From: an uncultured bacterium
Lineage (GTDB): Bacteria; Krumholzibacteriota; Krumholzibacteriia; JACNKJ01
Reading direction: 5' to 3'
Assembly (NCBI GenBank): GCA_963695095.1
Contig: CAVOFT010000001.1
Location: 2,080,001 to 2,144,000, forward strand
Length of the DNA: 64,000 nt
Part shown: positions 1 through 9,053 of the stretch, piece after piece
How positions within the stretch are numbered: position 1 is the first letter of the stretch
How the letters are laid out: each line of letters starts with the position of its first letter
Notes under the pieces: generated by a model
What the model was told of the DNA's origin: nothing
The model's database searches: none
The model's input: only the letters and a program-made list of their open reading frames with translations
Program-made: the position numbers and the translations under genes

Positions 1-1
1 G

Positions 2-3000
2 GCGCCGGGGGCCCAGCACACCCTCGACCCCCCGCTGGCCCTCAGCGCTCAGGCCGCGATCCTGAGCGGCTTTGTCGGGGCGGCCGGCGGCCTGGTCGGC
101 GGCGCCCTCGTCACGGCAACGCCGACGACCGGCTGCGCCTACTACACCACGGCCGGTCCGCAGGGCTCCTGGCAGCTCAGCCTGCCCGCGGGCACCTGGT
201 CGCTCAGCGCCAGCAAGGACGGCTACAGCGCGGGCGCCGCCCTGCAGCTCACGCTGGCGCCGGGCGGCGGACAGAGCGGCCTGGCGCTGGCGCTGAGTCC
301 CAATCCCTGCCGCGTCGCGGGCCTGGTCACGGACGGCAGCGCGCCTCTGGCGGGGGCCGTGCTCAGCGCGGGCGAGCTGTCGACCACCAGCGCCTGGGAC
401 GGCAGCTACAGCCTCACCCTCGGCGTCGGCGCCCACAGCCTCCAGGCCTTCAAGACGGGCTACAGCGGCGCCGAGGAACAGGTCACGCTGGCTCCGGGCC
501 AGCAGCTGACGGGACTGGACTTCACGCTGGCCCCTGGCGCCGCCACCGTGAGCGGCCGCGTGCTGGCCCAGGGGGAACCCGTGGCGGCGGCTCTGGTGAG
601 CCTGACCGGCGCCGCCTTCACGGTCGAGCGCAGGAGCGGGGCGAACGGGACCTTCAGCATCAGCGCCCCGCCTGGCAGCTACACCCTGTCCGTCGCCAAG
701 AACGCGATGATCCCGGGTACGCCGCGCGCCCTCACCCTGGCGGCAGGGCAGACCCTGCCCGGTCAGGACCTGCAGCTCACACCGGCCGGCGCCCGGCTTT
801 CCGGCCGTGTCCTCGCCGGCGGCGCCGCGCTGCGCGATGCCCAGGTACAGGCGAGCTCCGTGCTCGGCAGCAGCAGCACGGGTAGCGCCCCGGACGGCAG
901 CTGGTCCCTGCTCCTGGCCGGCGGCGCCGCCTGGACCCTGAGCGCCAGCAAGGCGGGCTACTCGACGCAGAGCGTCCAGTCGCCCGCCCTTGCCGATGGC
1001 GCCACGTGGAGCCAGGACTTCGCGCTGACCCCGCAGGCCGCGCAGCTCTCGGGCTGCGTTCGCGAAGAGGGCGGACTGCCCATCGCGGGGGCTGAGCTGA
1101 GCCTGGCCGTCGCGGGCGGCGGCACCTTGAGCGCGCAGAGCGATGGCAGCGGTCGCTACAGCTTCGCCACCGCCCCCGGCGCCGTCACGCTCTCGCTCAG
1201 CAGGAGCGGCTACGCCCCCTTCAGCGCCAGCCTCACGCTACCCCTGGGCGGGACCGTGCAGAACATCGAGCTCGACGCTCGCTTCGCCAGCCTCAGCGGC
1301 ACCCTGCGCGACGGACTCGGCGCGCCGCTCGCCGGCGTCAACCTCCGGGTCACGGGCAGCGCCAGCGCCTCCGCTCTCAGCGATGCCGGTGGCACTTTCG
1401 CGTTCCCCCGTCTCCTCGCCGGCGCTTCCAGCCTGCGCGCGACGAAGGGCGGCTATCAATCGGTAGCAGTGCCCCTCTTGCTCGAGGAGGAGGAGAGCCT
1501 CCAGATCGATCTCGCGCTCGAGCGCCTGCTGGGCACTCTTGGCGGTCAGGCGCGCGACGGCGAGGGCGCCGCCCTCGGCGGGGCGCTTCTCCAGCTATGG
1601 GCGGGCGCAACCCTCCTGGCCCAGTCGAGCAGTGCTGCCAACGGGCAGTTCGCCTTCAGCGCCCTCGATCCCGATCAGGAACTCGAGCTCTACGCGAGCC
1701 TGCCGGGCTATTCGAGCCTCGGCCCCAATCCCCAGCGGGGCCTCGCGCCCGGCGCCGCGCCGGTGGCAGTGACGCTGATCCGCGACGACGGCGTCCTGCG
1801 CGGCACCGTGCGCAGCGCCGCCGACGACAGCCCCTTGGTCGGCGCGGAGCTCAGCGCCGCCGACGGCCTGGGCGCCTATGCCGAAACCCTGAGCGATGCG
1901 ACGGGCAGCTTTCTTTTCACGGGCCTGCCGCGCGTGGCCTCCTACACGCTGCGCGCCGACGCCCTCGGCTACGCGCCCGTCGCCCTCGCCGGCGTGGCGC
2001 CGACCGGCGAAGCGCTCGTGCTCGGCCTGGACCCGGCCCCGGCCAGCATCTACGGCAGTCTGCTCAATCCACGCGCGCCGGGCGAACGGCTCCCGGCGGG
2101 GGCCAGCCTGCGCGCCTTGCCCCTGGCCGGCGGCAGCAGCGTGGTGCTGAACCTCGACGCGCCCGGGGCCTACAGCCTGGCGGGTCTGACGCCGGGCGAA
2201 TTCACCTTGATCTGTCGCGTCGACGGCTACCTCGTCGAGCCGCGCGAGCAGCTGGTCACCCTGGCCGAAGGCCAGGCCGCCGGTCCCTACGACTTCGAGC
2301 TCCGGTCCGCGGCCCTGGCCAGTCTCGCGATCAGCGGGCTCGACGAGATCGACAACGACCAGAGCGCCATCTTCCGCGGTAGCCAGAGCAGCGCCAGCGG
2401 GGAAGCGCTCGACTTCCCTCTCGCCTGGAGCCTCGAGCCGGCTTCCGCCGGCAGCTACGACCCCGCCAGCGGCCGCTTCACCCCGCGCCCGCAGTTCTGG
2501 GGCCCGGTGCGGCTGCGGGCCCGGCATGCGAGCTCGGGCCTGACGGCAACGCGGACCGTGAATGTCACCGCCCGCCTGGCCGCGGGCAGCGCGCGCTCCC
2601 TCGACGATGGCCAGGGCCTCACCCTGCGCCTGCCGGCCGGGGCCATCCTCCAGCCCCAGCGCATCGGGCTCAGCCGGCAGGTGGCCAGTCCTCTCAAGCG
2701 GCGGGCCGGCAGCTTCCGCGTCGAGGGCGAACTCTATCGCTTCCTGCCCGACGGCCTCGAGTTCGTCGAGAACGCAGAGCCTTCGCTCACCCTGCCCGTG
2801 CCCAACGGCCTCTACAACCAGGGCCTCGCGATCGGCTGGTGGCATCCGGCCCTGCTCGACTGGGAGCGCCTGCCCGGCGTGAAGGGCGCCGCCGGCCTCA
2901 GCCGCCCCATCGCGCACTTCTCCGACTACGCGCTGCTCGTGGCCAACGCGCCGCTGGCCGTGGCCCGGACCGAGCTCTCGGCAAACCCCTTCAGCCCTGC

Positions 3001-3271
3001 CCTGGGCCCGCTCGAACTGCGCTTCAGCGTCGACAGCCAGGGCATGGCCTCGCCCCTCGTGGAGGTCGAGCTGTTCAATCTGCTCGGCGATCCCATTCGG
3101 CGCCTGCTCAGGCGCCAGGCCCTCGCCGTCGGCGAGGAGCACACCCTGCGCTGGGACGGCCGCACGGACTCCGGCGAGCTGGCCCGCAACGGCCGCTACC
3201 TCCTGCGCATCCGCGTCGAGGACGACCAGGGCGAGGCCGAACGCATTCTGCCCGTGGTGCTCGTGAAATGA
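2..3271 (+). CDS. Large secreted/surface protein, 5'-truncated by the window. Tandem carboxypeptidase-regulatory-like (Cna-B/prealbumin-fold) repeats, a ZU5-like domain and a C-terminal FlgD-Ig-like sorting domain
   Basis: The frame of ORF 359..3271 is open back to base 2. Repeated ~85-aa units of the form SG.V...G.P.AGA.V......T...G.F......G.Y.L.ASK.GY. C-terminus NPFSP...VEVELFNLLGDPIRRL...LRWDGRTDSGELARNGRYLLRI...VVLVK matches the FlgD-Ig/T9SS-like CTD pattern. Confidence 0.85.
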   Translation, partial: APGAQHTLDPPLALSAQAAILSGFVGAAGGLVGGALVTATPTTGCAYYTTAGPQGSWQLSLPAGTWSLSASKDGYSAGAALQLTLAPGGGQSGLALALSPNPCRVAGLVTDGSAPLAGAVLSAGELSTTSAWDGSYSLTLGVGAHSLQAFKTGYSGAEEQVTLAPGQQLTGLDFTLAPGAATVSGRVLAQGEPVAAALVSLTGAAFTVERRSGANGTFSISAPPGSYTLSVAKNAMIPGTPRALTLAAGQTLPGQDLQLTPAGARLSGRVLAGGAALRDAQVQASSVLGSSSTGSAPDGSWSLLLAGGAAWTLSASKAGYSTQSVQSPALADGATWSQDFALTPQAAQLSGCVREEGGLPIAGAELSLAVAGGGTLSAQSDGSGRYSFATAPGAVTLSLSRSGYAPFSASLTLPLGGTVQNIELDARFASLSGTLRDGLGAPLAGVNLRVTGSASASALSDAGGTFAFPRLLAGASSLRATKGGYQSVAVPLLLEEEESLQIDLALERLLGTLGGQARDGEGAALGGALLQLWAGATLLAQSSSAANGQFAFSALDPDQELELYASLPGYSSLGPNPQRGLAPGAAPVAVTLIRDDGVLRGTVRSAADDSPLVGAELSAADGLGAYAETLSDATGSFLFTGLPRVASYTLRADALGYAPVALAGVAPTGEALVLGLDPAPASIYGSLLNPRAPGERLPAGASLRALPLAGGSSVVLNLDAPGAYSLAGLTPGEFTLICRVDGYLVEPREQLVTLAEGQAAGPYDFELRSAALASLAISGLDEIDNDQSAIFRGSQSSASGEALDFPLAWSLEPASAGSYDPASGRFTPRPQFWGPVRLRARHASSGLTATRTVNVTARLAAGSARSLDDGQGLTLRLPAGAILQPQRIGLSRQVASPLKRRAGSFRVEGELYRFLPDGLEFVENAEPSLTLPVPNGLYNQGLAIGWWHPALLDWERLPGVKGAAGLSRPIAHFSDYALLVANAPLAVARTELSANPFSPALGPLELRFSVDSQGMASPLVEVELFNLLGDPIRRLLRRQALAVGEEHTLRWDGRTDSGELARNGRYLLRIRVEDDQGEAERILPVVLVK

Positions 3272-3285
3272 GGAGGGAGACGTCG

Positions 3286-4222
3286 ATGCCCAGCCCCTGC
3301 TGTCGAGCGCTGCGCGCGCTGGCCCTGCTGATCGCCGTGCTGGCCACCCTGCGACGCGGCGCCCGTCGCGGCGGGGCAGAGCGCCTTGCCCGGGGCCTTC
3401 GCCGACATCGGTCTCAGCGCCCGTGTGATGGGGATGGGCGGCGCCGGCGCCGCCGGTTGCGCGCGGGTCGCGGATCTCACCTGGAACCCGGCCGGCCTCG
3501 CCGCCCTCGCGCGGCCCGAGGCCGCCGCCCTGCAGACCGAGCAGTTCGGCCTCGTGGCGCACTACTACCTCGCCGGCGTGCGGCCCCTGGGCAGCGGGCG
3601 CGGCCTGGGAGTGGGCCTCCTGTCCAGCGGCGACGGCCTCCTGCGCGAGAACACGCTGGTCCTCGCCGCCGGGCAGGCGCTGGGCGACACGCCGCTCGGC
3701 GGGCTGGCCCTGGGACTCGCCGTCAAGCTGCGCCACGCCGCCTTCGCCCCCGAGGGCGAGACGCCGGGAGTGGAGGGCAGCGCCTACGGCGCCGCGCTCG
3801 ATCTCGGTCTGCAATTGCGGCGCGGCGCGGCGCGCTACGGCTTCTTCGTCGAGGAGCTGGCCAGCGACCTGCGCTGGCAAAGCAGCGGGCTCGGCAGCTA
3901 CCACGAGGGCGTGCCGCCCACCCTGCGCACGGGACTGGGGCTGGATGCCGGCGCGCTCAGTCTCGCCGCCGACCTCGAGCTCGCCCTCGCGACGGAGCGC
4001 GCGCACAAGGCGGCGCTGGGGGCCGAATGGCGGCTGCACTCCATCCTCGCGCTGCGCGGCGGCTTCAGCCAGCGCCTCGCCGCCCTGGAGCAGCGCTTCC
4101 TGAGCGCGGGCATCGGCCTCGGTGCGGATCTCGCGGGGGGGCGCCGCCTGCAGTTCGACAGCGCCTATCTCTTTCACGAACTCGGCGGCAGCCTGCGTCT
4201 CGAGGCCCTGATCATCTTCTAG
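3286..4222 (+). CDS. PorV/PorQ-family (FadL-like) outer-membrane beta-barrel, with an apparent +1 frameshift near 3350 after the signal peptide
   Basis: SD AGGAGG at 3271 and ATG at 3286 give the signal peptide MPSPCCRALRALALLIAVLATL. The body lies in the next frame, with motif IGLSARVMGMGGA...LTWNPAGLAAL and a terminal Phe. Confidence 0.8.
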
Positions 4223-4306
4223 GCGGGACGCCCGGCGCCGCGCAGCGGGACCCGTCGGCAATGGGCTGCCCTGGACGCCCGCCGCTCGGCGTGCTAGAAG
4301 CGGCGC

Positions 4307-4942
4307 ATGCACCCCGACGCCTATGCCGTCCTGGCCGGTCCCGGCAGCGCCGAACTCAAGGTGAAGGGCTCGCGCTTCATCGCCCTCGCTCTGGCGGTCG
4401 CAGATGAAGCAGCCGCCCGCCGCGAGCGTCTAGCACGGGGCCAGCTGCACCCGGAGGCCAGTCACCTCTGCTGGGCGCTGCGCCTGGGGCATCCCGAGCG
4501 GGCACTCAGCCGCGCCGACGACGCAGGGGAGCCGAGCGGCAGCGCCGGCCCCCCCATCGCGCGTGCCCTCGTCGCGGCCGGGGTCTCGGACGCGCTCTGC
4601 CTCGTGCTGCGCTGGTTCGGAGGCAGCAAGCTGGGTGTGGGCGGCCTGATCAAGGCCTATGGTGAGGTGGCGCGCGCGGCCCTCGCGGCCGCGCCGCGCG
4701 GCGAGCGGCTGGCCCTCACCCGTCTGGCCGGCAGCTTTCCCTATTCCCTGGAGCCCGCCCTGCGCGCACTGCTCGAAGCCCAGGGCGGCCGGCTCCTCGA
4801 GAGCCGGCGCGACGCCGCCGTGCACTGGCTGCTCGCACTGCCGCCCTCGGCGCTGAGTCCCTTCAACGCGAAGGCCGCGGACTTGGTCCGCGGCCCCACG
4901 CCATTCGTGCCGGTCGCCCCGCCCAGCGAAGCCGAGGACTAG
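4307..4942 (+). CDS. yigZ: YigZ/IMPACT family protein
   Basis: Motifs KVKGSRFIA, ASHLCWA, DDAGEPSGSAG and RWFGGSKLGVGGLIKAY. Confidence 0.9.
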   Translation: MHPDAYAVLAGPGSAELKVKGSRFIALALAVADEAAARRERLARGQLHPEASHLCWALRLGHPERALSRADDAGEPSGSAGPPIARALVAAGVSDALCLVLRWFGGSKLGVGGLIKAYGEVARAALAAAPRGERLALTRLAGSFPYSLEPALRALLEAQGGRLLESRRDAAVHWLLALPPSALSPFNAKAADLVRGPTPFVPVAPPSEAED

Positions 4943-6042
4943 TCGAGCAGACTGCTGTCCAGCAGGTAGTCGAACTGCGCGAGATCGGGCTGGAAGACGA
5001 GCTCGTCCTCATCCGGATCCCCCACTTTGACCGTCTTGTCGAGATCGCGATAGGTGACGATGACCACGGGCCCCAGATCGGGCGCGAGCAGATAGAGCGC
5101 CAGGTCGCGCCGCGCCTTCCGGCTTTCCGCGCGGTCGGCAATGTAAGAATCGGGAATCGCATCCTCGCCGGGCGCGGTGTCCGGATTGCGCTGGTTGCTC
5201 AGATGCAGATCCGCTTCCAGGCTGATGCGCACCCAGCGGCAGCCGCGAATCACCACATTCCGCAGAGCCGGGAAGAGCGAGTCCACCTCGGCGCCCAGGG
5301 AGGCGTAGGCGAAATCCTGCTGGGCGATGACCTCGCCCTTGATACGCACGGCGCTGATGCCGTCGACATAGGTGTCGTGGTCCACGTCCGAGGGATCCCA
5401 GGGCGTGTTGCCGGGTTGGCTGGTGCCGTCATAGATGCGGCGGGGGTAGCGGAAGCCCAGGGCTTCGTTGACCAGCACCTTGCCCACTTCGTCCCCGTCG
5501 TAGTCCACCTGCATCGTGTCGCCGCTGTACTCGGCGAGCAGTGCCTCCCAGCGCAGGGTCCCGAAGCGGAGCCAGGGGTAGGGCAAGCCCTCGGCAAAGA
5601 CAAAGATGGAGTCGGTGGCTGCCGCCTCGCTCACCAGGTTATAGCCGCCGCCCACGGCATCGAGATAGACCGTGATCTCGTGCTGGAGGGGCGCGCCCTG
5701 GTCGGTGCGACCCGTGCTGCGGCCCAGGAGGGCGAGGTCGGCGACGCCGCCGCCCGCGCTGCACTCCCAGCGCGTGTTGCCCGCGGGCAGCCGGGGATTG
5801 TAGTAGTAGAGCGTGGTATCGGGGCTGAAGATGCCCTCTTCCTTGCGCACGAAGGTCCACCACTCGCCGGCTGCGAGCGGCATGAAGTTGGCGCTCAAGG
5901 GCTCCACGCTGCTGCCCTCCGGTCCCGTCGGGCTGTTCGACGAGTCGTCGGAGCAGGAGCCCAAGCCCAGGATCAGCGCGAGGAGGACAAAGGCACCCAT
6001 GAGCCCAGGGCGCCGCCTGAGGAGTCTCGGCCGCATCGCCAT
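4939..6042 (-). CDS. Hypothetical lipoprotein
   Basis: Basic N-region, hydrophobic stretch, lipobox LGSC and a Ser-rich linker (SDDSSNSPTGP). Coding-like codon usage; family not recognised. Confidence 0.75.
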   Translation of the reverse strand: MAMRPRLLRRRPGLMGAFVLLALILGLGSCSDDSSNSPTGPEGSSVEPLSANFMPLAAGEWWTFVRKEEGIFSPDTTLYYYNPRLPAGNTRWECSAGGGVADLALLGRSTGRTDQGAPLQHEITVYLDAVGGGYNLVSEAAATDSIFVFAEGLPYPWLRFGTLRWEALLAEYSGDTMQVDYDGDEVGKVLVNEALGFRYPRRIYDGTSQPGNTPWDPSDVDHDTYVDGISAVRIKGEVIAQQDFAYASLGAEVDSLFPALRNVVIRGCRWVRISLEADLHLSNQRNPDTAPGEDAIPDSYIADRAESRKARRDLALYLLAPDLGPVVIVTYRDLDKTVKVGDPDEDELVFQPDLAQFDYLLDSSLLD

Positions 6043-6110
6043 CCACCTTCTTGCCAGGCGCGCGCAAAGGCGCGCCGCTCAATCGGTTCCGGAATCGTGG
6101 GGACTCTTGG

Positions 6111-6139
6111 AGTCTAGGGTCCGGCGCAGCGCCGGGCAA
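6111..6139 (-). promoter_or_regulatory. Putative sigma70-type promoter for the lipoprotein gene
   Basis: TTGCCC-N17-TAGACT on the minus strand, about 70 bp upstream of the start. Confidence 0.5.
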
Positions 6140-6220
6140 GTGGATTTTTCCAGGTTGCGGCCGCCAGCCCCCTGCGCTAGGGATTCACCTGAACCCCTTC
6201 CAGCCAACGGGAGTCCAGCG

Positions 6221-7615
6221 ATGATCCGCCAGCTCGCCCTGCTTGCCGCGCTTGCCCTGTCCGCCCCGCCCGCAGCCGGCGCGGCCCAGCCCGCCGACAC
6301 CCTCGCCCTGCGCAGCATCGTGAACGAACTCGCCGCCCCCAGCTGCGCGGGCCGTCGCAGCGGCAGCCCCGGCGGAGCCATCGCCCGGCGCACCCTGGAG
6401 GCGCGGCTGGCGGCCCTGGGGCTCGCGCCGCTACCCGGCGAGGAGGGCTTCGCCCAGCCCTTCGGCATCCAGGGCGTCGCCCTGGACAGCCTTCGCGGCC
6501 GCCTCGTGGATCCCGGGGGCAAGGCGATGCCGCTTCAGCTCCACGCGAGCGCGCCCTTTGCGCCGCTCACCGGCGTCCGCCTCGCCCCCTGGCCTGCGGG
6601 CAAGAGCCTGCCGCTCACGGCCCAGGGCGCCCTCGTCGTGCGCCAGGGGCCGGCCGACCCGGCCGCGGCCGAGGCCTTCTCCCCCAGCAGCCTCCTGCTG
6701 GAGGCCGAGGCCGGCGGCGCGCTGGGGCTGCTGCTCGTGCCCCATCCGGCCGACAGCGCCGGCATCCTCGCCCGCTACCGGGATCGCAGCCGCGGGCGCG
6801 ATGCCCGGGTCTACGCCCTCGCCGGCCAGGAGCCGGGTGCCCTGCTCGCCTACGCCGACGGCCCGGCCGCGGCCGGTGTCTTCGCCGGCGCCACGGCGCA
6901 GCCCATCGGCTGGCGCCTTGAGCTGCCCGGCGGCCAGCCCCTCGCCCACCGCGGCTTCAATCTGGCCGGCCGGCTGCTGCCCGAGCCCAAGGACGCCCTC
7001 GACGAGCCGCCGGTCATCCTCTTCTGCGCCCACTACGACCATCTGGGCGAGGCGCCCGAGGACTTCTATCCCGGCGCCGACGACAACGCGAGCGGGGTTG
7101 CCGTCCTGCTCGAGGCCCTGCGCCTGCTCGCGGACCAGCCCCGCCGAGCCGAGTTGCGCTTCCTCTTCCCCGATGCCGAGGAGCTGGGCATGCTCGGCGC
7201 CCAGGCCTATCTCGCGCGCTGGGGCCGGCCCGACCTCGTCATCAATCTCGATTCCGTGGGTCGGGCGGGCGTGGCCAGTTACCGCCAGTTGCGCGATCCG
7301 GCCGCCGCTGATTCCCGTCTGCTGATCCACTGGCAGGCGCCTGCCGCCCCCGCCGGGGAGCCGGCGGCGCTGGACGCAGCGCTGGCCGCGCAGGGCTTCC
7401 ATGTGCAGGCGGGCGAGGGCCCCATGTTCGCTCGCGGCGGCGATCACTGGGTCTTCGCCGAGGCCGGCGTGCCGGCGCACTTCCTCTTCGGGGGCTTTCA
7501 CGCGGACTACAACACGGTGAACGATCTGCCTGCGCGCATTCTCGTGGATCGTTTGGCCCTGCTCGCCCAGGCCCTGGCCGCCTTCGCCGGCGAGGCCTTG
7601 GCGCCCCCGCGCTAG
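6221..7615 (+). CDS. Secreted M28-family metallopeptidase with a PA-like insert
   Basis: Signal peptide MIRQLALLAALAL. Motifs GRRSGSPG, AHYDHLG, GADDNASG, DAEELG, NLDSVG and GDH. Confidence 0.85.
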   Translation: MIRQLALLAALALSAPPAAGAAQPADTLALRSIVNELAAPSCAGRRSGSPGGAIARRTLEARLAALGLAPLPGEEGFAQPFGIQGVALDSLRGRLVDPGGKAMPLQLHASAPFAPLTGVRLAPWPAGKSLPLTAQGALVVRQGPADPAAAEAFSPSSLLLEAEAGGALGLLLVPHPADSAGILARYRDRSRGRDARVYALAGQEPGALLAYADGPAAAGVFAGATAQPIGWRLELPGGQPLAHRGFNLAGRLLPEPKDALDEPPVILFCAHYDHLGEAPEDFYPGADDNASGVAVLLEALRLLADQPRRAELRFLFPDAEELGMLGAQAYLARWGRPDLVINLDSVGRAGVASYRQLRDPAAADSRLLIHWQAPAAPAGEPAALDAALAAQGFHVQAGEGPMFARGGDHWVFAEAGVPAHFLFGGFHADYNTVNDLPARILVDRLALLAQALAAFAGEALAPPR

Positions 7616-7634
7616 GCCGGCGGCGCGCCCGTCC

Positions 7635-8390
7635 TCAGGGCGCGAGCCAGCGCAGGAAGCGGGCCGGCAGCCCCGTAGTCGCGGCCAGCAGCCGGGCGCC
7701 GCGGCTGCGGCAAGGCGCGAGTTCCATCCGCCGCGTCGCTCCCGCCGGAGTGGCCCCTGTCGCCTCGCGCGCGTAGAGCGCGCGCAGGGCGGCCAGGGAT
7801 TCCTCATCCTGGTCACAGGCCGCCAGCAGGAGCCGCTGGGGGACGGCCGCGGCGGCCGGCGCCAGATCCGGGGTGGGCAGCGGGGACAGCAGCAGCGCGG
7901 CTTCGTAGCGCGCGGCGTCCGGGCCGGCCAGCAACTCCAGCGCCAGCGCGCAGGCCTCCCCTTCGGCGCCGATCACCCAGGGCCGGCCGGCCAGGCCCGG
8001 CTGCCGGTCGGCGAAGGCGAGCAGGGCCTCGAGATCGCGGGCGAGCAGGGCGCGGGCCGCGGCGTCCCAGGCGGCGGCCGCCGGCACCGGACCGGCCGTG
8101 CTCAGACGGCTCCCCCCCTCGCCACGCAGGTCGGGCAGGAAGACGGCGAGGCCCAGGGCCTGCCAGCTCTCGGCCAGGCCGGCCAGGCCGCCTCCGTTCT
8201 GGCCGCGATCGTGCAGGAGCAGTGCGATCGGACGCGGCCCCGCCGGCGCGCGGAAGTAGCCGCCCACGAGGGCGAGGGAGTCCGCCGTCCAGAGCTGGAA
8301 GCGGACGACATCGGCGGCGGCGCCGGACGGTCCCAGCGCGAGCGCGAGCGCGGTGAGCGCGGCGGCAATGCTGCGACGGCTTCTCATCAT
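7635..8390 (-). CDS. Secreted alpha/beta-hydrolase-fold protein with a degenerate catalytic motif
   Basis: Signal peptide ending AAA-D. TADSLALVG, LLLHD, PDLRGEGGS and ALLLSP follow the hydrolase fold, but the GxSxG position reads GAEGE. Confidence 0.7.
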   Translation of the reverse strand: MMRSRRSIAAALTALALALGPSGAAADVVRFQLWTADSLALVGGYFRAPAGPRPIALLLHDRGQNGGGLAGLAESWQALGLAVFLPDLRGEGGSRLSTAGPVPAAAAWDAAARALLARDLEALLAFADRQPGLAGRPWVIGAEGEACALALELLAGPDAARYEAALLLSPLPTPDLAPAAAAVPQRLLLAACDQDEESLAALRALYAREATGATPAGATRRMELAPCRSRGARLLAATTGLPARFLRWLAP

Positions 8391-8395
8391 CCCCT

Positions 8396-8950
8396 TCACC
8401 GCTGGTAGAGGTAGGCTTCCCAGCTCTGGTGCATGGCGTCGCCCAGGAAGCGACGGAACAGGAGCGGCGGCAGCCAGCGCGGCTCGCGCGGCTGGGCGAG
8501 CAGGCGCATTCCCGCCTCGCTGGGCAGGCGATTGCCCTTGTGGTGATTGCAGGCCACGCAACAGGTGACGCAGTTGTCCCAGCTCGTCGTGCCGCCGCGG
8601 GGAAACTCCAGCGTGCGGCGACTGCGCGGCACCACGTGGTCGATCGTGAAGGGACCGACGAGACTGCCGCAGTACTGGCAGGCGAAGCGGTCGCGGGCGT
8701 AGAGATTGCGACGGTTGAGCTGGACGCGCACCACGCGGTAGACCCGGTGCGCGATCGCGATGAACAGGCGGATGATCCGCGGCAGCCGCCATTCGGCCGC
8801 GGCCGAGCGCACGACGAGGCCGGAATCCTCCACGGCCACGGCGCGGCCGCTGACGAGGAGCACCAGGGCCCGGCGCGCGCTGACGATGTTGACGGGCTGG
8901 TAGCCGGCGTCCAGAACCAGGACGTGCTGCCCGAGGACGGCTCGATTCAC
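8396..8950 (-). CDS. HNH endonuclease (McrA/HNH_5-like, with Zn-binding cysteines)
   Basis: VLVLDAGYQP, RRNLYARDRFACQYCG, TIDHVVPRS and SWDNCVTCCVACNHHKGNR. GTG start preceded by GGAG. Confidence 0.9.
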   Translation of the reverse strand: MNRAVLGQHVLVLDAGYQPVNIVSARRALVLLVSGRAVAVEDSGLVVRSAAAEWRLPRIIRLFIAIAHRVYRVVRVQLNRRNLYARDRFACQYCGSLVGPFTIDHVVPRSRRTLEFPRGGTTSWDNCVTCCVACNHHKGNRLPSEAGMRLLAQPREPRWLPPLLFRRFLGDAMHQSWEAYLYQR

Positions 8951-9053
8951 GCTGCTTCCACTCCAGGCGCGGCCCTGCCGGCAGCGCCGCCCGGACCGCC
9001 CCAAAAGTCTGTCGAGGCAGCAGTGGCCGCGTCAAGGGAATTCCCCGGCGTGC

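Noticed and set aside
8396..8950. HNH nuclease or DinG (53351..55999) as part of a CRISPR/defence system
   Set aside because: No array, cas genes, methyltransferase or island signature. Both sit among housekeeping genes.
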